A DNA stretch of 15,784 bases. Source: Azolla caroliniana (lineage: Eukaryota; Plantae; Polypodiophyta). Shown in pieces: positions 11,001 through 15,784 of the stretch. Numbering within the stretch: position 1 is the first letter of the stretch; each line of letters starts with the position of its first letter. The stretch spans positions 1 through 15,784 of the forward strand of contig JBHGNT010000779.1 in assembly GCA_043228905.1 (NCBI GenBank), in the 5' to 3' direction. The notes beneath the pieces are model-generated. The model was not told where the DNA came from. It did not search any database and was given only the letters and a program-made list of their open reading frames with translations. A program made the translations under genes and the position numbers.

Positions 11001-13412
11001 ATTGCATTTGAAATAGCCTGAGAATCCTGTATTGCACAGGCTGAATCATTTATAGATCATTCATAATCTACGAGCTTATACAGCCCACAACATAAAATGC
11101 TAGAAGCAATAATAACATCCCCATTGGACAGATCATGAACTGTACACCTGTCATCAACAAATTTAACAACCAAGCGAACCTTGGCTAATGCTGAAACTGA
11201 CAACAGATTTTTCTTGATCCTCGGCACAAACAAAGCATCTAACAAGATGAAAGGACTACCATCAACAGTAGTCAAAATGATCTTACCAACACCCATAACT
11301 GGATAAGATGAGTTGTTGGCGCATGTGATAGTATTCCCGGTAGGGGCAGGCTCCAATGAAGTGAAGAAATTGTGCTGCAAGGTAATATGTTTGGTTGCCC
11401 CACTGTCGAAGTACCAAACATTTGATTGTACAACAGACATACATTGTTCAAGTGAAGATGGATCAAAACTACAAACAGTAGTAAATATCCATTCTTCATT
11501 CTGCACAAGATTTGCAGACTCTGTGTTTGGTGCAGAAAATAGTTTTTGTTTCTGCTCTTGTTTTTTTCATTCACTTGTGAATTATTAGCAAATCTTTGCT
11601 TGCTAGCAAAAGAGTTCCATTTACCTTTGCCCTTCTGAGTAGCTAGGAAAGCTTGATCTGCAACACGCCTAGATTGATCTTCCTGTAACAAAACAGAGAC
11701 TAGCTCCTCCAATGATAAGGCATTGGGATTGCCTTTCATCATTAAACGAAGAGTAGAAGCAAAAGTCTGGTATGAATCAGGAAGACCATTTAGAACGGTC
11801 TGCACAAGTGAACTATCTAGTATCATTTCATCAGCAGAAATTAATTGTTCCTTGAAATCTTTGATTTTTGTAAGAAAATTGTCCATAGCAACATGAGCCT
11901 CATTTCTTGCTTGGTACAAAGTGGTAAGAGTATCCTAAGCATCCTTTGCTGTCTTGCAAGAGCGAATATGGGGAATAATGGCACGCTTCACAGACAAAGC
12001 TATCAAAGCATGTGCCTGAGCATCTCTGCCATCCCAACGAAGTTGCTCTGTAGTTGGTACAATAGAAACTGTAGCATGGGCATCAGCAGGATGATCAACA
12101 TCCTCAACAGAATCAGTACCATCAGCATTTGTGTTCTCAATAACAAGACGTTTTCCAGCCCCTTGAACCACATTCCACAACCCCTTTGCTACTAATACAT
12201 GGTGCATCATATAAGCCCAAAGAGGGTAATTTGTTCCATCCAGTTTATCCTCAACAGCAAGCATCCGAAATACATCATTGATCTCAGCCATGGCCGTGGA
12301 CTGAACACGTCTTGATGTAAAAAATGGACTGCTGAAGGGAATAGCGTACCTCTTTGACTTGAAAGATGAACAAGTGAAGAGAAAAGGGAAGCAAATCTGA
12401 TTTCTGAGGGTTATAGGAATGTCTTGGAAGACTCAAGGAGGCTTTTTCTAGGATTGAATCAACTTGGAAGTAGAAAAAAAAAACACAATTGAAACTGCGC
12501 AGAGGAAGAAAACACGCAGAAATTGGTTTTTTCAACAGCAGAAAAATGCCACCACAGATGGCACAGACGGACTGCCTATGAGAGCCGTTGTGTTGCTGCT
12601 CAAATGTCGCTTTGTAGCTTTGATACCACTGTTGGGTTCTTGCTTTGAATCCCCAAAAGCTTCACCCTAAAGCTTCACCACTTTAGGGTTCTAAGAGTAT
12701 TTTTAGACAGGGGGAAAAAACCTCCTAAAGAGGGACAAAATGCCCCTGTAGTCCTAAGTGTGTTCACACACATCATTGTCCTAAGTGTGTTCACACATTA
12801 GTGTCCTAAATGTGTTCACACACATCACTATCCTAAGTGTGCTCACACATCACTGTCCTAAGTGTGTTCACACACATCACTACCAAAATATGTCAACAAA
12901 ATGGCCTATACGACAAAACAAGAGATTACATCTTAAACATGTTGTCTCAACTTTGTGAACAATAAACCAAAATAAATGTAACTAAGTGAAAAGGTAAATA
13001 GAAATAGAAGAAGACTTGACTAAAGAATCTCTTCATCTACAGATGGAAGATTCTCAAGTCAATCAGATACATTGTAACTTTTATCTTTGAAAAATCACTA
13101 GCATAGGTCAATCCAGAATGGAGAGGTCTCCGAAACAAGAGAATCGCTTGTGATGGGAGATAATGGCCTTTATTTTGTGATGACAAGGATGGCGAGATGC
13201 TGGTCCACATGCACGAAAAAATGCTATTGCCTGATCTATTGTAACCATAGTTCTAGCCATACGTCCCATTCGTGTCATACTCAAACGCCAATATTCGTAT
13301 CATACTCATACGTGAAAAGGCTCCAAGTATGATTGAAATCCATACGCGGTACATAGATATATTATATATACATATGGTGTATATGGTGTACATAGTGTGT
13401 GTGTGTGTGAGG

Positions 13413-13451
<39 letters not shown>

Positions 13452-14789
13452 TGTGTGGTCTAGAGAGAGAAGCCCTGTTTTGCATGTGTGAGGAGACAGT
13501 GATTGAGTGTATATCTAGACTCTAGAGAGAGAGAGAGAGAGGAGCTATGGGTTTTGTCTGTGTAAGGGAGTATGTAATATGTATATTAGATATCTAGATT
13601 TTGTAGAGAGAGAAAATCTGTCAGTTCTCGTGTGAGAGAGAGAGAGAGTGTGTGTATGTGTGTCAGATGTCACTTCTATTCACAAAATATTATGAATATC
13701 AAAAATTAAAAAAACCAAAAAAAAGTCAAAAGAAAAAAAAAAAAGCCAAACGAATATCGCGTATCATACGCGTACGTTTGCAAACGTTCGCGTACGTCCA
13801 GTAAATTGGACGTACGCGAATATTAGGAACTATGATTGTAACTCCTTTGCAATGTCTTGGTTGGGAGCCCATTTGTGTAGCCCTTCATTGACCTGTAGCA
13901 TGAGTAGGAGTCGGGATCTCAATACTGGATTGCAGAAACATTTGTTTATTAGAAATCAGAGGCATGACCTTTCCACATGTCCAAAGCTTTCCCAGACAAA
14001 TATGCTACCTATGTTTTCATATTAGTTGGCATTGCAGCCTCAGTTTCGTTGTCCAGGGCAGATATTATATAGTGTAGGGGGGTGATTGAGTCGTCCAAGG
14101 ACTAGGGTAGAGAGGATGGAATTCCAAAGCTAGAGCATCATATGCATCAGATATACAGAGAATAAAATACATATCTACCAGGCATGTCCAAAGAGTTTTG
14201 GACCTGCTTCTCTTATATCATCTGTAAAAGGGTATCAATTTTAGGTTGAAAGGCGATAAATACCATGATTTTGTCATTCATTGTGAATCTTTCAGCATTC
14301 ACATGATGGTCACAATCTTTCAGCATATGATGACACCCTGATCTTGTTTCTGTTATTTATTAATTTTTATTTTCATTTAGTGTTACTGCAGAAATGTGGG
14401 TCCCTTTAAAGGAAGTGCCTGAGGAAAGTCTCCAGGAATATTTGACTGCCATGAAGAAGGAAGGATATGTAGTCGTTGGGCTGGAGCAAACTGCCAACAG
14501 TGTCTCAATTCATAAGTACAACTTTCCGAAGCGAACTGTATGTGTATCTTAAGGATCCATAGTTGCTAGAGATGTTGGGTATAAATAGAATCTAATATTG
14601 CCTCCGTTTTCTATGCAGATTCTTGTTTTGGGTAAGGAAAAAGAAGGCATTCCTATCGAAATAATTCAAATACTAGATGAATGTCTGGAAATCCCACAGC
14701 TTGGAGTTATTTGATCCCTTAATGTGCATGTGAGTGGAGCCATCGCTATTTGGGAGTATACTAGACAGAGCCTTGAAAAGATTGACTAA
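2027..14789 (+). CDS. TARBP1: TRM3/TARBP1-like tRNA (Gm18) 2'-O-methyltransferase (SpoU/SPOUT family), 5'-partial spliced gene: join(2027..2074,2163..2270,2464..2538,3795..3845,4691..4837,5020..5165,6063..6171,6260..6328,6408..6651,6729..6880,6971..7041,14381..14537,14619..14789); internal TGA at 14712-14714, so possibly a pseudogene or null allele
   Basis: Manual splicing gives 1548 nt in one frame with GT-AG introns and matching phases. It encodes [19 protein letters not shown]..., [25 protein letters not shown], SpoU motif 1 [33 protein letters not shown], motif 2 [11 protein letters not shown] and motif 3 [26 protein letters not shown], matching the C-terminus of eukaryotic Trm3/TARBP1 as recalled from memory. 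Upstream exons lie outside the window. Confidence 0.93.
2163..2270 (+). CDS. TARBP1: TRM3/TARBP1 exon b ([19 protein letters not shown]...ICLL)
   Basis: ttgcag| acceptor, |gtgagt donor; 108 nt; lies inside ORF 2079..2309. Confidence 0.9.
2464..2538 (+). CDS. TARBP1: TRM3/TARBP1 exon c ([25 protein letters not shown])
   Basis: gtacag| acceptor, |gtaaat donor; 75 nt. Confidence 0.88.
3795..3845 (+). CDS. TARBP1: TRM3/TARBP1 exon d ([17 protein letters not shown])
   Basis: tttcag| acceptor, |gtacaa donor; 51 nt. Confidence 0.82.
4322..4452. repeat. 39-bp direct repeat pair (4322-4360 and 4414-4452), 36/39 identical, 53-bp spacer
   Basis: aaaatgggattcctaccaatacccaatgtctatcttggt versus aaaatgggaaccctaccaatacccaatgtcgatcttggt. 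Confidence 0.85.
4691..4837 (+). CDS. TARBP1: TRM3/TARBP1 exon e ([16 protein letters not shown]...[11 protein letters not shown])
   Basis: poly-T tract then gcag|, |gtttga donor; 147 nt. Confidence 0.9.
4929..5010 (+). mobile_element. Short 5'-truncated 3' terminus of the same LINE family, with a (CATT/CTTT)n tail
   Basis: ttaagatgcaatctcttgtttggcgttataagctattttggcctcttaaaatacgttaatatttcattcattctttct aligns with the reverse complement of 7348-7420 (ttaagatgtaatctcttgtttggccttacaggccattttggccctcttaaaaaacgttaatatatctttctt). Confidence 0.75.
5020..5165 (+). CDS. TARBP1: TRM3/TARBP1 exon f (ILIHEVFHK...FLDENNECR)
   Basis: tttcag| acceptor, AG|gtgatt donor; 146 nt, ends in phase 2. Confidence 0.88.
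6063..6171 (+). CDS. TARBP1: TRM3/TARBP1 exon g ([24 protein letters not shown]...DPSK)
   Basis: ctttcag| acceptor, |gtactc donor; 109 nt, completes the split Arg codon; donor position less certain. Confidence 0.8.
6260..6328 (+). CDS. TARBP1: TRM3/TARBP1 exon h ([23 protein letters not shown])
   Basis: ttgcag| acceptor, |gtaagc donor; 69 nt. Confidence 0.85.
6408..6651 (+). CDS. TARBP1: TRM3/TARBP1 exon i ([13 protein letters not shown]...NFQRKI...PVLS)
   Basis: atccag| acceptor, G|gtatta donor; 244 nt, ends in phase 1; lies inside ORF 6387..6728. Confidence 0.87.
6729..6880 (+). CDS. TARBP1: TRM3/TARBP1 exon j (METEQDLL...[13 protein letters not shown]), start of the SpoU domain; alternative start at 6726
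   Basis: ttCAGTAG tandem acceptor, |gtacgt donor; contains SpoU motif 1. Confidence 0.92.
6971..7041 (+). CDS. TARBP1: TRM3/TARBP1 exon k ([23 protein letters not shown])
   Basis: ttgcag| acceptor, AG|gtaaag donor; 71 nt, ends in phase 2; precedes the 7339-bp intron. Confidence 0.9.
7348..7702 (-). mobile_element. LINE 3'-end fragment A (same family as 55-1795), antisense to the host gene
   Basis: Its reverse complement matches about 1579-1795 (aggccc(c/t)ggccc(c/t)atggac; cattatct(c/t)ctgccattgca; tctccatt(t/c)tggat); short AAGAAAGA tail at 7348. Confidence 0.8.
7786..8014. repeat. 229-bp direct repeat, left copy, abutting the 3' LTR
   Basis: Ungapped match to 12899-13127 (offset 5113) with 4 substitutions. 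Confidence 0.95.
8016..8278 (-). repeat. 3' LTR, outer end damaged (about 18-20 bp missing), 6 copies of a 25/27-bp unit at 8104-8261
   Basis: Aligns to 12650-12898 with about 9 substitutions, one extra repeat unit and a 13-bp indel; adjacent to the PPT. Confidence 0.9.
8279..8290 (-). other. Polypurine tract (CCAAGGGGGATT) abutting the 3' LTR
   Basis: Plus-strand aatcccccttgg directly next to ...tgtcaaca. Confidence 0.8.
8342..9758 (-). pseudogene. Copia reverse transcriptase and RNase H, frameshifted
   Basis: [84 protein letters not shown]-like [20 protein letters not shown] across ORFs 9201..9758, 9077..9259, 8748..8996 and 8342..8857. Confidence 0.95.
10016..10066 (-). repeat. 21-bp tandem repeat (about 2.4 copies) in the Copia IN-RT linker, encoding DADHSIS
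   Basis: tctgcatcagaaat(a/g)gaatga repeated. Confidence 0.85.
10253..11002 (-). pseudogene. Copia GAG-pre-integrase and integrase core
   Basis: WHARFGH...CEGCILGK zinc motif, [40 protein letters not shown]; the segment carrying the second catalytic Asp is missing. Confidence 0.92.
11057..11506 (-). pseudogene. Copia aspartic protease region
   Basis: [11 protein letters not shown] catalytic motif and [14 protein letters not shown]; an in-frame TGA at 11059-11057 separates it from integrase. Confidence 0.9.
11540..12291 (-). pseudogene. Copia gag remnant
   Basis: MAEIND...[10 protein letters not shown]...[10 protein letters not shown]...[12 protein letters not shown]...AKDA*D (TAG at 11937-11935, Trp expected), continuing in frame as ORF 11272..11919 ([12 protein letters not shown]); no CCHC knuckle visible. 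Confidence 0.88.
12617..12628 (-). other. Primer-binding site (initiator tRNA-Met type) TGGTATCAAAGC
   Basis: One base inside the 5' LTR boundary; one mismatch from the canonical TGGTATCAGAGC. Confidence 0.9.
12630..12898 (-). repeat. 5' LTR (269 bp), TGTTG...CAACA termini, 5 copies of a 25/27-bp unit at 12751-12881
   Basis: Starts tgttggg at 12630, ends tcaaca at 12898; adjacent to the PBS. Confidence 0.92.
12899..13127. repeat. 229-bp direct repeat, right copy, starting at the first base after the 5' LTR
   Basis: Ungapped match to 7786-8014 with 4 substitutions. Confidence 0.95.
13246..13834. mobile_element. Non-autonomous hAT-like DNA transposon (MITE), 589 bp
   Basis: Perfect 8-bp TSD ATTGTAAC (13238-13245 and 13835-13842); TIRs CATAGTTC/GAACTATG; removing it restores a continuous LINE 3' UTR; no ORF. 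Confidence 0.85.
13395..13449. repeat. Compound microsatellite (GT)7 plus (GA)17 inside the MITE; further GA runs near 13503-13521 and 13635-13648
   Basis: Read directly from the sequence. Confidence 0.95.
14381..14537 (+). CDS. TARBP1: TRM3/TARBP1 exon l (SVTAEMWVP...GLEQTANSV...FPKRT)
   Basis: T-rich tract then tttag|, |gtatgt donor; 157 nt; completes the Ser codon AG|T. Confidence 0.92.
14619..14789 (+). CDS. TARBP1: TRM3/TARBP1 terminal exon ([12 protein letters not shown]...[27 protein letters not shown]) with internal TGA
   Basis: atgcag| acceptor; SpoU motifs 2 and 3; TGA at 14712-14714; homologous stop TAA at 14787-14789. Confidence 0.9.
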
Positions 14790-15784
14790 GGATTGCATCT
14801 GTGATGACTATGCCCATAGTCGTGGATTGGTAACTGATTGCCACTCAAAACAAAATTATCAATGCTTAAATGAAATTGGTTGCTTCATGGGGTTGGAGTT
14901 TTGCAAGATTCCTTTTTACTCCAATCTGTCACATTAACGATGAGTCTATTTATTTCTCATGCTAACATTGCCAACATTCTTATATCCAAGATCCTGTAAT
15001 GCTCCCACAGCCTTCTGCTCAACATAAACACAGCATTCATAGATCTATGATTTGGAAGAATACGTTCTCTTATGAGACCTTAATTCTCTGCTCCACTCAA
15101 TTCTCTACATTTGATAGGTTTCCAGCTGATCTTAGGTATTGACAAGCCATTTTCTTGTCAGCTTTAGAAAAGGTAAAATGGCAATGAGCTCTCAGAATTG
15201 AAATCACTGGAGGGGCATACTTTTTTGCTGAATAGAATTAGAATAACAAACTGCCCTAGCATCGCAATTCATCAAGCCAAAAAAACTTAAATGCTTGGGA
15301 TGTAACAATGTACCAACACTTATTTTTTAATGGGGCTTACAACTTTTATGGCTTATCATCTTCTGCATTGGTTTCTGAAGAATAATAATTGTGTTTTAAC
15401 TTAGCATTCATATGCATCTTACGCTCATTTTAATAGATATGAGCAAAGGGTGAAGTTTTTCCAGTACACTGTTAGTACTCGTCCATCAATTTGGACAACC
15501 TTGAACAAGCTAATGTTTGAAGTATAGAAATGTCTTCCTGTGCACCTTTTGGGTAATATTCGTCATGTTTTCATTTGTCATTTTTTTGGATATAGCATCA
15601 AAAGGTATAGGTTTGTAAATTTTTCCTGCTTACAAAGAGATCTATTTTAGTAAATTTCTACTGCATAAAGGAGATTTTGAAAAAGGTGGGTATTTGTTAA
15701 TTTTTTCACATGAAAAAGTTGAAGATCTAAGAATTCTCATTTCTTGACTTAGCAATAGACTGCTTATCTAAGATAACCGTGAGT

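Larger units (their letters stand above)
8016..12898 (-). mobile_element. Degenerate near-full-length Ty1/Copia LTR retrotransposon in the intron, antisense to the host gene
   Basis: Two LTRs, PBS, PPT, and domain order gag-PR-IN-RT-RNaseH on the minus strand (Copia order), with stops, frameshifts and deletions. Confidence 0.96.
7738..13910 (-). mobile_element. LINE 3'-end fragment B, split by the Copia and hAT insertions (pieces 7738-8014, 12899-13245, 13843-13910)
   Basis: (AAAG)n-like tail at 7738-7760; body is homologous to fragment A; 13222-13245 plus 13843-13910 is the reverse complement of about 1490-1580 (actcctactcatgctac..atgggctcccaaccaag..ttacaatagatc). Confidence 0.8.

Noticed and set aside
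10354-12670. Alternative-frame and antisense ORFs over the Copia body (10354..10584, 11313..11588, 11845..12195, 12284..12535, 12464..12670)
   Set aside because: These are shadows of gag-pol or leader sequence with no independent coding evidence.
13272-13463. ORF ending in [14 protein letters not shown]
   Set aside because: It is simply the translation of the (GT)n(GA)n microsatellite in the MITE.
14712-14900. Selenocysteine recoding of the TGA
   Set aside because: The homologous residue is Arg rather than Cys, land plants lack the Sec machinery, and no SECIS-like hairpin was recognisable by eye.
14734-14937. ORF MEPSLFGS... as a rescue of the C-terminus
   Set aside because: It is in a different frame from the conserved SpoU motif and runs into the 3' UTR with no recognisable homology.

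Overview
Land-plant nuclear genomic DNA. The + strand carries the 3' part (13 coding exons, 2027-14789, about 515 codons, all GT-AG introns with consistent phases) of a TRM3/TARBP1-type tRNA (guanosine-18-2'-O)-methyltransferase gene with a C-terminal SpoU/SPOUT domain. The reading frame is otherwise clean, but the last exon has an in-frame TGA (14712-14714) exactly where the conserved Arg of G-I/V-I/V-R-S-L-N-V-H-V-S lies. The introns are full of transposons. A decayed non-LTR (RTE-like) retrotransposon occupies about 55-1795, and 3'-end fragments of the same family recur at about 4929-5010 (+), 7348-7702 (-) and 7738-13910 (-, interrupted). In the 7.3-kb intron (7042-14380), that last LINE fragment hosts a degenerate Ty1/Copia element (about 8016-12898, -) and a 589-bp hAT-like MITE (13246-13834, 8-bp TSD). 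The Copia element is flanked not by a 5-bp TSD but by a 229-bp direct duplication (4 mismatches), and one LTR end is damaged. All alignments were done by eye.
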